Assembly (NCBI GenBank): GCA_965199755.1
Contig: CBDASZ010000001.1
Span: 128,001 to 192,000 of the forward strand
DNA: 64,000 bases
Reading direction: 5' to 3'
Source: an uncultured candidatus Porisulfidus sp.
GTDB taxonomy: Bacteria > Pseudomonadota > Gammaproteobacteria > Poriferisulfidales > Poriferisulfidaceae
The translations under genes and the position numbers were made by a program. Positions 9,447 to 18,888 of this stretch are shown piece after piece (the stretch's first letter is position 1; every line of letters starts with the position of its first letter). The notes under the pieces are model-generated. The model did not search any database. It was not told the DNA's origin and saw only the letters and a list, made by a program, of their open reading frames with translations.

Positions 9447-12400
9447 CCCCCCCCCCCTGTTTCATTTCCACGAGGGAATAGCGCAGCAGCCGTTTTGCCT
9501 GCGGACAAGATACGCCAATCCTCATACAGCCAGATTTTTACAAATGGCCGGTATAACACCTCCCTGATATTAGCTTCATCAAAAGTAAGCCTGATTTGTT
9601 TGCGCAACGTTTTCTTAAGGGCATCCGTCCACTTGATTGATTTGATATTTTGAGTGCTTGTCAACTCATCAAGAGCTTGCTGGTTGTCTGGTTTCTGCAA
9701 GATGTCCAGTGTTTTGTTGTATGTGTTAATGAGTGCTTGGGCCTTATTAGCACACTCTTCCCTCGACCAACTGTAGACATAAGTGTCTAAGTTTGTCTTG
9801 ATGCCAGCAACACTGCTAGTAGCGACCGAAGCACTGGCGTTAGTAAGTTTCGCTCTTGTGTTTTTCTGACACAATGGCATCAATGAATTAAATTCCGGAT
9901 TGCCAAGATTAATCCAGGCATGATCTGGAGTCACCGGTATTGTCTCGAATTGTTCGTGGTAAACGTCACCGAGATCCTCTAGCCACTTAAACTTTTGCTC
10001 TAGACTCCGGGAGTCTGGGACCATCGCAATACGCAATGTTGCCGGTTTTTTAATATCCTTCTTCGGATCGTAAACCAAGAAAGTTATCTGGACCCCATTT
10101 CGGGAAGCGCTACCAAAAACCTTATCCCCCTCAAGTTCCCATTCGCTACCACTCTTGTAAGCGTTCCCCCGCAAATTTGCAACATATATGTCCGTGAATT
10201 CGTCTCGCAGAACCTTTCTCATGCCTGCCAGCGAGGTGGCATCCGACAGAGAGTTTGGCGTAACCATTGCCAAAATTCGCGGCCCCGAGGTGACACCTTC
10301 CTGTCCCTGCTTCAGTATCCGGTCGGAGCCCCAGCGCAGTGCCTTGACATATAAGTTGCCACCTGCGTTCCCGCCGGGTGCCCGGCCAGTCAGCTGAGTG
10401 TGTTCTTGAACATAAGTCTGGTGCACCCGCTTGGCGATATCCTGATAGAGAATGTTCGATGCTTTCTCTGATGCGTCATCCTTGCCACTGGACCATGGCG
10501 GGTTCGTCACCAGAACCTCAATATCGGCATCACCTTGGCGCCGTACCCGCTTGTAGTTGTCCTCAAGGTCGTCTGAGTCCAGATTTAGTCGAGCACTTGA
10601 ACTTCCCGGATCAAGTAGAAGCGTGTCAACCAAACTTAAGGACTCGAACGGCTCGTAAGACAACTTGGAGGGGTCTGCCACGCCGGCTTCCTCAACTTGG
10701 CGCTGATGCTTCGTGGCTTCGATGTTCAGGTTTGCAATGTAGTAGGGGAGGAGGAGAAGTTCATTGCCGAAAAACTCCCGCCGGTATTTTCGTGAAAGGT
10801 CAGGCTCGCGAATAAGGTAATTGCCATCGTTATCCCGGAGATTAAGAAGCCGTGCGAGGAATGTCCCTGTGCCAGCGAAGGGTTCCAAAATACGAACATT
10901 CTTGTCAGAAATGCTTTTCCCAAATTCCTTCTGACAAATAGCCTCAATGGAATGTAGCACGAAATCCACAATTTCCACAGGCGTGTATGCAATGCCCATA
11001 GATTTCACTTGACCCGGTATTGCTTGCCGGAAAAAGCTTTCATAGATCTGGCGCAAGATGTCAAGTTTTTTCGCATCACGATCTTGGATTTTCTCCAAAT
11101 TTCGCTCACATCGCTGATCTTCATCAACCAGTTCATCGGCGTGTAAAGCAGTCCGCATCATTTGATACGGGCGCTCCAGTGGTTCGAGTTCAGCCCGGTA
11201 TTCCATTCCCTCAACCTCAAACGCATCCAGTACCTTCTGAATCGCAGCTGACACGGGATTGTCATCGGCAAAATGAGACTGCGAAAAGAACTCATCAAAG
11301 ACTGGTAGCGTGACGATGTGGTGCGCCAGCATGCTGACCGCCATAGTCCGATTGATATTCGGACTGACTGCCTTTTGGAGGTCCACCAAGAACCCATTGA
11401 AGTGCTCTTCAACGGCCGAATTATTATCAACGTGGGCATTGATTTTGGTTTCAATCTTGTCTGAGATTTCAGCCGCGTGCTTGCCCCACTGCAGATACAT
11501 GTGACGGTCGCCACATTCTTCAATTACGAGTGACCCGAATTTCTCTGCTATTGCTTGCCTAAACTTTTCTGGGTCCGCATAGATTGTGTCCTTGAGGTCG
11601 TCACGGACAGAGTCGTCCCTTTTGAGCGGCGGAAGTAATTTGAACGTTACTGGCAATGCACCAGCTTCAATTTCATAGTTTAAACGTTCGTCGTGTGAGC
11701 GCAATGCTCGAATGATTTCGTAGACAGGCTCGAAAGCACTTTTCCTCAGTGTTTTCTCAGCAGCGGCCTTCACATCCCCCCAATCCCAGCTCATCTGAAG
11801 CTGAAGCACTACTGGAATGATCACATAGCCTATCTTCTTATGTGGCGCTCGGCGCATGACCCGGCCCACTGCTTGCGTCACATCAATAGGAGACCGTCTT
11901 GTTTGGAGAAAAACAACCGCATCCAGAGAAGGAACGTCAACTCCCTCAGTGAGTACTCGGACATTTGTCAGAAGTTCGCATACATTTCCCGCAGTGTCTT
12001 TGTGAACTTGCCGCAACCTGTCAAGTTGCGCATCACGTTCAAACGCTGGTGTCTTTGCATCCAGATGATTTACCGACAGTTCCAGTAACTCTGTTTGACC
12101 GTCAGATGGCTCTTCGTCCGAGGCGGAGTACCACTTGATCACGTCGTTCCAAACTTTCTGAATTCTTTTGCTTTCTTTCACACGTGATGCAAATACCAGG
12201 GCAGAGCGGCAGGGTTCCCCATACTGGTCAAGGTTGATCCCACCAATTGGAAGTTCCGGATGTTGCCCCTTTGAGAGTGGGCTAGCTAGCGCATCCCAGC
12301 AACCAGCAAGTTTGATGATGGTTTCGGAGTCAATTTGTTCTCCACCTACATCTATCTCTCGGCCTGCGACTTCACGCTCAAAATCATCCTGTGTGCCACC

Positions 12401-13741
12401 AATGATTACGATCTCGTAGTCGCTCAAATAACCCTCTTTGATAGCATGAGCGAAACTCATCCGATATGCCTCATCGCCGTATGTTTCGACATCGTCCATA
12501 GAATAACTCTGTCCATCAAAATTGCGTTGCTCGAGTTTTTTTCGATGAGTGGGAGTAAACACCCTCGGAGTTGCCGTCATATAGATACGCTTCCTCGCAG
12601 GTAAATACGTGTCGGAATGCAACAAAAGAAAAGGTGATGTGTTTTCGATCTCACTGGCATGCGGCAGGCTGGAAATTTCCTTGTCTGGGTGTTTGAGCTT
12701 CTTCTTTTTCTGCTTGTTATCTTCAATTCCTGTAGTTCGGTGCGCCTCATCAGCGATGATCAGGTCAAGAGTGGCTTTCTTCCCATCGCGTTCAAGCAAA
12801 GATAATGCGAGCGCAAGAACATCTGATGACTGATAAGTACAAAATACGACTCTCATGGCCCCACCTGGCACAGGCTTGGACAACCTTTCCGCCAACTTCT
12901 TTGGCCGGGTCGTGACGGGGATAGGCATTTCAATTACTGATGTCCCATCATCCCTGCCGACCGTTTTGTCGGAACACACCGCAATGTACTCAATAGGTAC
13001 ATCGCGATCGCGATGGCGAGACCACTCTTTTATGGTCTGCCGAACGAGAGCAAGTGACGGCACCAGATATGCAATGGTCTTGCCGGATCCAAACAATTTC
13101 TCAGCAGTACGCAAAGCAACGAAGGACTTCCCGGTGCCGCACGGCAATATCAGTTTGGTGCGGTCTTTTCCTTCAAGCTCCGCTTGAATGCCCTTAATTG
13201 CCTCTCTTTGAAAGTCGTGTAGTTCATGTCGTTTTGTAACAAAGTGTGATGGCCGGACATCAAATTGTTCAAGTGCACCTACAAGACTCTCCCGATCATC
13301 AAACCAGCCAGCAATATCTTGAGTCGTAATCACTTGACATTCAGGGTTTGCATTTTCGAGTTGCGCCTGTACGTTTGAGGTGAGAGAGCGGGTTGTGACT
13401 ATCAAGCGCAGTTTGAATTTCTCGGACTCGCTGGCACCCAGAAAGGAATCAACTTCAGCTTTTCTTACTGTCGAACTGCCGTACTTCGCTTGGACCGCAA
13501 CTAAGCCTCCGCCGTAAGTTTCCGTCTGTTTGGCAACAATGTCTACGCCAATATCAATCCGGCCCCGGTAATCAACGTTGTCAGGCCAGTCCCTCCAGAG
13601 CCAAACGTTCTCGAACCTGTCACGGCCCCAGTCACCAGGGTGTTTCGTAAAGACCTGATGAATGAACTGTTCAAACGTTCGTCCTTGTTGCTGGCGCGAA
13701 CCTTGAAAGTAATTGTCGAAAATTTCTTCGATGCTTTCCAT
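8819..13741 (-). CDS. Type ISP-like restriction-modification enzyme (nuclease-SF2 helicase-N6-adenine MTase-partial TRD) with a variable C-terminus
   Basis: Mrr-like DIGVDIV...VQAK; Walker [24 protein letters not shown]; MTase EPFAGTGTF and NPPW; TRD entry [13 protein letters not shown]; the frame crosses two poly-G tracts. Confidence 0.9.
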   Translation of the reverse strand: MESIEEIFDNYFQGSRQQQGRTFEQFIHQVFTKHPGDWGRDRFENVWLWRDWPDNVDYRGRIDIGVDIVAKQTETYGGGLVAVQAKYGSSTVRKAEVDSFLGASESEKFKLRLIVTTRSLTSNVQAQLENANPECQVITTQDIAGWFDDRESLVGALEQFDVRPSHFVTKRHELHDFQREAIKGIQAELEGKDRTKLILPCGTGKSFVALRTAEKLFGSGKTIAYLVPSLALVRQTIKEWSRHRDRDVPIEYIAVCSDKTVGRDDGTSVIEMPIPVTTRPKKLAERLSKPVPGGAMRVVFCTYQSSDVLALALSLLERDGKKATLDLIIADEAHRTTGIEDNKQKKKKLKHPDKEISSLPHASEIENTSPFLLLHSDTYLPARKRIYMTATPRVFTPTHRKKLEQRNFDGQSYSMDDVETYGDEAYRMSFAHAIKEGYLSDYEIVIIGGTQDDFEREVAGREIDVGGEQIDSETIIKLAGCWDALASPLSKGQHPELPIGGINLDQYGEPCRSALVFASRVKESKRIQKVWNDVIKWYSASDEEPSDGQTELLELSVNHLDAKTPAFERDAQLDRLRQVHKDTAGNVCELLTNVRVLTEGVDVPSLDAVVFLQTRRSPIDVTQAVGRVMRRAPHKKIGYVIIPVVLQLQMSWDWGDVKAAAEKTLRKSAFEPVYEIIRALRSHDERLNYEIEAGALPVTFKLLPPLKRDDSVRDDLKDTIYADPEKFRQAIAEKFGSLVIEECGDRHMYLQWGKHAAEISDKIETKINAHVDNNSAVEEHFNGFLVDLQKAVSPNINRTMAVSMLAHHIVTLPVFDEFFSQSHFADDNPVSAAIQKVLDAFEVEGMEYRAELEPLERPYQMMRTALHADELVDEDQRCERNLEKIQDRDAKKLDILRQIYESFFRQAIPGQVKSMGIAYTPVEIVDFVLHSIEAICQKEFGKSISDKNVRILEPFAGTGTFLARLLNLRDNDGNYLIREPDLSRKYRREFFGNELLLLPYYIANLNIEATKHQRQVEEAGVADPSKLSYEPFESLSLVDTLLLDPGSSSARLNLDSDDLEDNYKRVRRQGDADIEVLVTNPPWSSGKDDASEKASNILYQDIAKRVHQTYVQEHTQLTGRAPGGNAGGNLYVKALRWGSDRILKQGQEGVTSGPRILAMVTPNSLSDATSLAGMRKVLRDEFTDIYVANLRGNAYKSGSEWELEGDKVFGSASRNGVQITFLVYDPKKDIKKPATLRIAMVPDSRSLEQKFKWLEDLGDVYHEQFETIPVTPDHAWINLGNPEFNSLMPLCQKNTRAKLTNASASVATSSVAGIKTNLDTYVYSWSREECANKAQALINTYNKTLDILQKPDNQQALDELTSTQNIKSIKWTDALKKTLRKQIRLTFDEANIREVLYRPFVKIWLYEDWRILSAGKTAAALFPRGNETGGGGQSMSQTALKSDGDCLPQGQPPIWDSQGDKAASAPESDSDYNANFADGVRDSRDQHGTGSAYSRSDSSGDAEKATPVNDDIQGISYRYRGGGGSSGAPRATKQFSGPLQPGQQSTCARGAPNKHVESSPNESSHRDPIAIQSNSLRNHSNQNSNRSARSGRGYSPHHAPALLIGSGNGMVFAVCATRTVPDLATIKGSQQTRVVTYRRF
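9170..9183 (-). repeat. homopolymer tract B (G14 on the coding strand)
   Basis: C14 on the + strand, directly before cassette 3. Confidence 0.95.
9446..9457 (-). repeat. homopolymer tract A (G12 on the coding strand)
   Basis: C12 on the + strand, immediately after ...FPRGNET of the core enzyme. Confidence 0.95.
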
Positions 13742-13781
13742 ATTACTAACGCTGGGTGATTGTTAAAAAGGATTCCCAAAC

Positions 13782-14500
13782 CTATGAGTCAAATAAAGAC
13801 CCCGAGTCAGTTGAGACTTCCGATAAAGGTTCAGAGGGCAGTGCCGGCGGCAATGAGCGGATGATTCGGGTCGACTCGATACCAATATAAATGAGGCGGC
13901 GCAAGTGATTGATCAATTCGACAGAGTTATCTGCCCACGCATGCCATGTATTTGGATCGTCACGTATGCCAGAGCGTTTATCAAGCTTCTCACGGAGCGA
14001 GCCAACGGCCCACTCAAGTGGCGACCTGCCAGAGATCTGGTACTCATGCGCCTCAGGAGGGATATCGACTAGTCTGCAATGGTCATTGACGTGAAGAACG
14101 GACCTGTCTTCCTGCTTTGTTTCAGGGTCCTTGCCAAACCGCATCTGCTTGACAATCCGGTACCTGAGATTCTCATCGACACTCTCGTCAACGATACACT
14201 TGACATCAGCCAGAGGAGCTTGCTCGTAGTCGGCGTGCAACTCGAAAAGCTCCGCGCCTGCTTTACAAAATTTCTGAAAGGCCTCAACCCCACCTGGGAC
14301 GAGCGGGATGGATGGCAGATTCTTCTGTAGATCATTCTTGAACTCACGCCGCCAGTCGGGCGCGTGCATAACACCGTAAATGTAATCCCAAACGTCGTCT
14401 TTGGTTATATCCTCTGATTGATAGACTTTCTGAAACTGTGCCAGCGACCAATCGGACACATTATCTGTTTCATATGGAGGGGGGGGGGGGGGGCAAGCAT
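13782..14500 (-). CDS. detached C-terminal portion of the Type ISP enzyme; ATG 14500 is out of frame as assembled, alternative GTG start at 14459
   Basis: YETDNVSDWSLAQFQKVY...ITKDDVWDYIYGVMHAPDWRREFKNDLQKNLPSIPL...IPPEAHEYQISGRSPLEW...SGIRDDPN is the typical Type ISP C-terminal region. Confidence 0.85.
14479..14493 (-). repeat. homopolymer tract C (C15 on the coding strand), starting at the 8th nt of the candidate ATG 14500 reading frame
   Basis: G15 on the + strand; ATG CTT G(C)n T CCA TAT GAA is in frame only for n=13 or 16. Confidence 0.9.
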
Positions 14501-14513
14501 GGGAATCCCGGTG

Positions 14514-15374
14514 CTAATTGCCCGAGTTATGTAGTGCCGCCTTCACAGTATTCGCCATCAAGCAGGCAACTGTCATGGGCCCGGTGCCGCCTGGCATCGG
14601 CGTGATATAGTCAACCACTTCGTGCACTAAATCAAATTGAATATCTCCTCGTATTATGCCATCCACACGCGAGACCCCCACATCAAAGACGGCGGCACCC
14701 GGTTTAACGTGATCGGCACTAATGATCCCGGGACTTCCGGCAGCTGCTACCAGAATATCCGCCTCCCGCGTCAACTGCATCAGGTCCCGTGTGCGCGAAT
14801 GCGCCAGTGTTACCGTCGCATCCACGCCTCGCTCAGCCAACATCATTGCCATTGGCACGCCGACCAGCCGGGAGCGACCCAGTACAACTGCACGTGCGCC
14901 CTCGGTCTCAATTTTGTAATGGTTAATCAGTTCAATCACACCCGACGGCGTGCAGGGGCGCAGGCCTGGCAAGCCAACCGACAAGCGGCCTAGGTTGATT
15001 TCAGTCAGACCATCGACATCCTTGTGCGGTGGAATTGCGTGTAGAACAGGCCCTGCGTCCAAGTGCGATGGCAACGGCATCTGCACCAGAATTCCGTGCA
15101 CGGTCGAATCCTGCGCCAGAATGTGAATCGCTTCAATCAGATCTTCTTGCTTGGTGTCTGAGGGAAGCGCCAGATGACGGGACAGGATGCCTACTTCGCC
15201 GGCTTCCGCGATCTTCCGTGAGATGTACAACTGGCTGGCCGGATCGTCACCGACCAACACCGTGGCTAGTGTGATGGGAGGAAGGCCGCGAATTTGCTCA
15301 CGCAGCCGACCGCACAAAGCATGCGCGACGGCAGTGCCGTCGATAATCTTCCCGGAATGTAAGGGCTCACTCAA
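14514..15374 (-). CDS. folD: methylene-THF dehydrogenase/cyclohydrolase
   Basis: [46 protein letters not shown]. Confidence 0.96.
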   Translation of the reverse strand: MSEPLHSGKIIDGTAVAHALCGRLREQIRGLPPITLATVLVGDDPASQLYISRKIAEAGEVGILSRHLALPSDTKQEDLIEAIHILAQDSTVHGILVQMPLPSHLDAGPVLHAIPPHKDVDGLTEINLGRLSVGLPGLRPCTPSGVIELINHYKIETEGARAVVLGRSRLVGVPMAMMLAERGVDATVTLAHSRTRDLMQLTREADILVAAAGSPGIISADHVKPGAAVFDVGVSRVDGIIRGDIQFDLVHEVVDYITPMPGGTGPMTVACLMANTVKAALHNSGN

Positions 15375-16293
15375 GAGGAGGCTGTTTGTCCGGGTCCAGG
15401 TAAATCAGGTTCTTGCCCAGCCGGCCACCGTAGTTGCCCGCCGAGATCATGATCAAGCCGTCCGTATCCTTGGCCGCGTCAATCGCCGCGTGAGTCGCGT
15501 CAATGATGGTCGGCAGATCCCGACCATTGATGATGATCTCCATGACCGAGTTGACGCCTTCCGGCAAACCGTCCTCGACCTCTGGATCATCCTGCAACAA
15601 GGGGCAGTATTTCTCGTAGGTGCTGGCAATGGAGAAGCTGTAGTCGCTGCCCGGTTTGGAGCCGGAACCCGCGATGCCGCCGGGGAAACACATCACCACG
15701 CCGGGCGTCGCCGCTACCGCTTTCACGCCAGCCTCGGCCGCTTCCAGCGCCGAGTCCACACCGTCACCAAAAAACCAGAGATTGCCGCCCATCAGGCCGT
15801 CCGCATAACCGAGACGCCGATCAAGCACAAACTCACCGCCGAGAATCGGCACCCACCACATCCGACGGCCAAAGCGTTCAATCCGTTTCTGCTTGCCGTT
15901 GCCGAAATACGCCACCTTGCGGCCCATCTGGTAGTACTCTTCCGTATCCAGCAGGTTGAAGCAACTGGCTGTCGGGCAGGTCAGGACGTTTTGGCTGATG
16001 CGCACCAGCGCGGCGCGCTCAAGTTTGGTCACACGGTCTTTCCAAAAGCGCGGCACATGCAACTGCACAATGGCACCGGGGCGTCCGTCAGGGGTCTCAA
16101 AACTCTCATCGCCGCCCGGCCCCACGAAGCGATCCAATCCCGCCTCGCAGTCGCACAGGATGGTGCTGGCGGCATTGCCGACCGCCGCGTCCACTGCGTG
16201 CTTGACCCAGGTTTGGTCCCGGGCCGTAATCAGAAACTCCGCGTAAAGGCTTTTGAATGCCTCGGCGTAAGTATCGTCAATTCGCGCCGCCAT
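15367..16293 (-). CDS. ftr: formylmethanofuran:tetrahydromethanopterin formyltransferase family protein (Ftr/FhcD-like)
   Basis: IDDTYAEAF, CDCEAG, TPDGRPG, QNVLTCPT, GGNL, ISAGNYGGRLG. Confidence 0.88.
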   Translation of the reverse strand: MAARIDDTYAEAFKSLYAEFLITARDQTWVKHAVDAAVGNAASTILCDCEAGLDRFVGPGGDESFETPDGRPGAIVQLHVPRFWKDRVTKLERAALVRISQNVLTCPTASCFNLLDTEEYYQMGRKVAYFGNGKQKRIERFGRRMWWVPILGGEFVLDRRLGYADGLMGGNLWFFGDGVDSALEAAEAGVKAVAATPGVVMCFPGGIAGSGSKPGSDYSFSIASTYEKYCPLLQDDPEVEDGLPEGVNSVMEIIINGRDLPTIIDATHAAIDAAKDTDGLIMISAGNYGGRLGKNLIYLDPDKQPPLE

Positions 16294-16297
16294 CAGA

Positions 16298-16930
16298 TCA
16301 ATCCCGGCCGCGACCTGTGTACACCGCCGCTTCGGTCACAACGTAGTCCATATACACATCGTGCGGTGCCACCAGAATCTCATCAAACAGTTGCGATTCA
16401 TAGCACAGCGACACCAGCGTGCAATCCGAGCGGGAGCGCTCCAGCAAGCGATCGTAGTAGCCTTGCCCGTTGCCCATGCGACCACCGTCACGGTCGAAGC
16501 CAACGCCGGGAACCATCACAAAGTCCAGCTCTTCCGGTTCGACTTCCTTGTCCGGGTTGCCCCACATGTCTTTCGGCGGCTCCAGAATGTTCCATTTGCC
16601 GACCACCATCTCCTCGAGGCTTTCCATGTGCCACAGGCCGAGCTTGTTCTCGCCCTGCTCATCCACGGTGCAGTACGGCACGATCACTTTCTTCTCGCCG
16701 CGCGCCACTTCTTCGAGCAATTCCGGCTTGGTGCGGGTCTCGGAGCGGCAATCGATGTACCACATGATGACGTGGGCTTTCTGGTATTCCTCCAGCGCCA
16801 TCAATCGGGCGACCGCCTGATGGCTGATTTCATCTTTGTTTTCCTGGGCATTGCGGCGATCGTAGGCTTCGCGGCGCATTTTGCCCTTGCGCTCCATGAT
16901 GGCTTCGAGTTCTTCTTGCGACAAGGCCAT
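16298..16930 (-). CDS. fau: 5-formyltetrahydrofolate cyclo-ligase
   Basis: [45 protein letters not shown]. Confidence 0.92.
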   Translation of the reverse strand: MALSQEELEAIMERKGKMRREAYDRRNAQENKDEISHQAVARLMALEEYQKAHVIMWYIDCRSETRTKPELLEEVARGEKKVIVPYCTVDEQGENKLGLWHMESLEEMVVGKWNILEPPKDMWGNPDKEVEPEELDFVMVPGVGFDRDGGRMGNGQGYYDRLLERSRSDCTLVSLCYESQLFDEILVAPHDVYMDYVVTEAAVYTGRGRD

Positions 16931-17004
16931 AAAGTTCTCCTGCAGAATCAGTAATTGGGGGGTGAGTACAAAATCAAAAAGTATGAAGCGTGAATTATAG
17001 GGGA

Positions 17005-18024
17005 TTATGGCGACGCCTCGCCTATCAACTCATCAACCAGCCGCCGTGCCGTCGCCGGCGCGCACACAATCCCGTGGCGGTAGTGTCCAGTATTAAAGTA
17101 AAGCCCGCGGATTTCAGAACTCGCGCCGAACAGAGGCCCGTCCTGTGCGCCGCACGGGCGCAAGCCTGACCATTGCTCATCCGGCATGTCCGAAAGCCCC
17201 GGATACCAGCGTTGCGCGAACTCTGTCAACTGCGCACCCGCCTCCGGCGTGGTGCCCACATCAAACTCCACCGTCTCATTGGTCGCACCAGCAAGCAAGG
17301 TGCCGTCCGCGCGTGACACCAGATACTGATCGTCCTCCAGAATGATGGGCAGCCCCGTCGTATCCACTTCTCGCCACACCACAATCTGACCGCGGCGCGG
17401 CGTAATTTCGGTCGGTGCCTGCGGAAAGATCTTCGTGCTCCAGGCCCCGGCCGCCAGCACCACTTGATCCGCCGTCCATTCGCGCTGGCCGTCTGACACC
17501 CCCATCACCACGCCATTCTCATGGCAGATTTCTGCTACCTGCGCTGTCTCCCACTGCATGCCGTGCGACTGTAGCGTCTTGCGTATATGTTGCAGAAAAG
17601 CCTTTGGGTCAATTTGCGCGATGTCCGGCAATAACACCGCGTCTTCCTGCAAGGGTGCCAGTTGCGGGTAGCGCTCCCGGCAGGCCTCCGGTGTCAGCAC
17701 CTCGACCGCATCACCCTGCTGTCGCGCCCGCTGCGCCAGATTCGTGACGTCCGCGCCAAGCACCAGCAATCCGCGGCGCTCAAAGCCGGTGCTACTCTCT
17801 GCGCCTGCGCATAATTTCCGATAGCGGCCGCGCCCTTCGCGCGCCAGCGTCTCCCACAGGCTGTCGTGCGCCCAATCCCGAATGCAGAACAGCATCCCGG
17901 CGGAAGCCGGAGTGGCCGCGCCGGGGACTTCCGCCTCCAGCACATACGGCCTCATGGCCCTGCGCTGCAGTTCGTACGCAGTAAGCGTCCCGGCAATGCC
18001 GCCTCCGATCACGCAGGCGACCAT
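17005..18024 (-). CDS. thiO: FAD-dependent glycine/D-amino-acid oxidase (ThiO-like)
   Basis: GGGIAG, ASAGML, PRRGQ, WSGLRP, GHYRHGI. Confidence 0.7.
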   Translation of the reverse strand: MVACVIGGGIAGTLTAYELQRRAMRPYVLEAEVPGAATPASAGMLFCIRDWAHDSLWETLAREGRGRYRKLCAGAESSTGFERRGLLVLGADVTNLAQRARQQGDAVEVLTPEACRERYPQLAPLQEDAVLLPDIAQIDPKAFLQHIRKTLQSHGMQWETAQVAEICHENGVVMGVSDGQREWTADQVVLAAGAWSTKIFPQAPTEITPRRGQIVVWREVDTTGLPIILEDDQYLVSRADGTLLAGATNETVEFDVGTTPEAGAQLTEFAQRWYPGLSDMPDEQWSGLRPCGAQDGPLFGASSEIRGLYFNTGHYRHGIVCAPATARRLVDELIGEASP

Positions 18025-18030
18025 AATGAC

Positions 18031-18612
18031 TTACTGCAGACGTTCGGCCTTGATAATGACGACCTGATCGACCGGCACATCATCATGTGGACCCTGCGAT
18101 CCGGTCTGCACCGTGGCGATGGCATCGATCACTTCCATGCCTTTGACCACCCGCCCGAACACCGCGTAGCCCCAGCCCTGCGCGGTCGGCGCACTGTGGT
18201 TGAGAAAGTTGTTGTCGGCCAGATTGATGAAGAACTGCCCGGTGGCCGAGTCTGGATCCGAGGTCCGCGCCATGGCGATGGAGCCGCGCACGTTCAGCAG
18301 GCCGGAATCCGCCTCGTTCTTGATCGGTTCGCGCGTCTCTCGCTGCGTGAAGTCGCGGTCGAAGCCGCCGCCCTGAATCATGAATCCGGGGATGACTCGA
18401 TGAAAGATCAGACCATCGAAAAATTTGTCATCGACGTACTGCATGAAGTTCCGGGTCGTAACTGGCGCGTTCTTCGCGTCCAGTTCAAGGGTGATGGGCC
18501 CGGAAGTGGTTTCCATCAGAACCTGAGGGTTTGCCGTATCTGCGGCCATAGTGATTTCTCCCGAAAAAAGCGCCATGCCCAAGAGTAATCCCAAGTATGT
18601 TTGCCGAAGCAT
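18031..18612 (-). CDS. ppiA: cyclophilin-type peptidyl-prolyl isomerase with signal peptide
   Basis: FHRVIPGFMIQGGG, AMARTSDPDSATGQFFIN, GYAVFG. Confidence 0.88.
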   Translation of the reverse strand: MLRQTYLGLLLGMALFSGEITMAADTANPQVLMETTSGPITLELDAKNAPVTTRNFMQYVDDKFFDGLIFHRVIPGFMIQGGGFDRDFTQRETREPIKNEADSGLLNVRGSIAMARTSDPDSATGQFFINLADNNFLNHSAPTAQGWGYAVFGRVVKGMEVIDAIATVQTGSQGPHDDVPVDQVVIIKAERLQ

Positions 18613-18710
18613 GGTGGTTACTGAATCTCCTGAAAATGTGCGGGTAAAAAGGTGCCAACCGCCCCGCGCGCGACAACTCCCGGTTGAGGCTGAACACAGC
18701 AGGGCCGAAA

Positions 18711-18786
18711 TGGTGCCGGCGAGAGGAATCGAACCCCCGACCTACTGATTACGAAACAGTTGCTCTACCGACTGAGCTACACCGGC
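18711..18786 (-). tRNA. tRNA-Thr (CGT)
   Basis: GCCGGTGTAGCTCAGTCGGTAGAGCAACTGTTTCGTAATCAGTAGGTCGGGGGTTCGATTCCTCTCGCCGGCACCA. Confidence 0.95.
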
Positions 18787-18888
18787 GCGTGAAGCAGGCG
18801 GGTATTATACGCCTGCCCCTGATTTCTCACCCTCCAAATACCCTCTGCCTTTATAATAAACTCGCACCGCGTTGCGGTTCCGAGCCTC

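Noticed and set aside
8819-9457. Shufflon, DGR or CRISPR interpretation of the cassette array
   Set aside because: All cassettes are co-oriented; no invertase, reverse transcriptase or cas gene; no identical repeats or inverted recombination sites; similarity is mainly at protein level.
8932-9525. ORFs 8932-9216 and 9217-9525 as independent small genes
   Set aside because: Their N-terminal parts are off-frame readings across the G tracts; only the last ~40 aa are cassettes, so they are better explained as alternative tails. Independent translation from ATG 9216 is not formally excluded.
8277-14513. Classical tRNA-integrated element at tRNA-Glu
   Set aside because: The island lies on the tRNA's 5' side, there is no integrase, and I saw no duplicated tRNA 3' end.
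14459-14516. Stop-codon readthrough fusing FolD to the R-M small subunit (same frame across TAG)
   Set aside because: One-in-three coincidence that depends on tract length; no readthrough signal or functional rationale.
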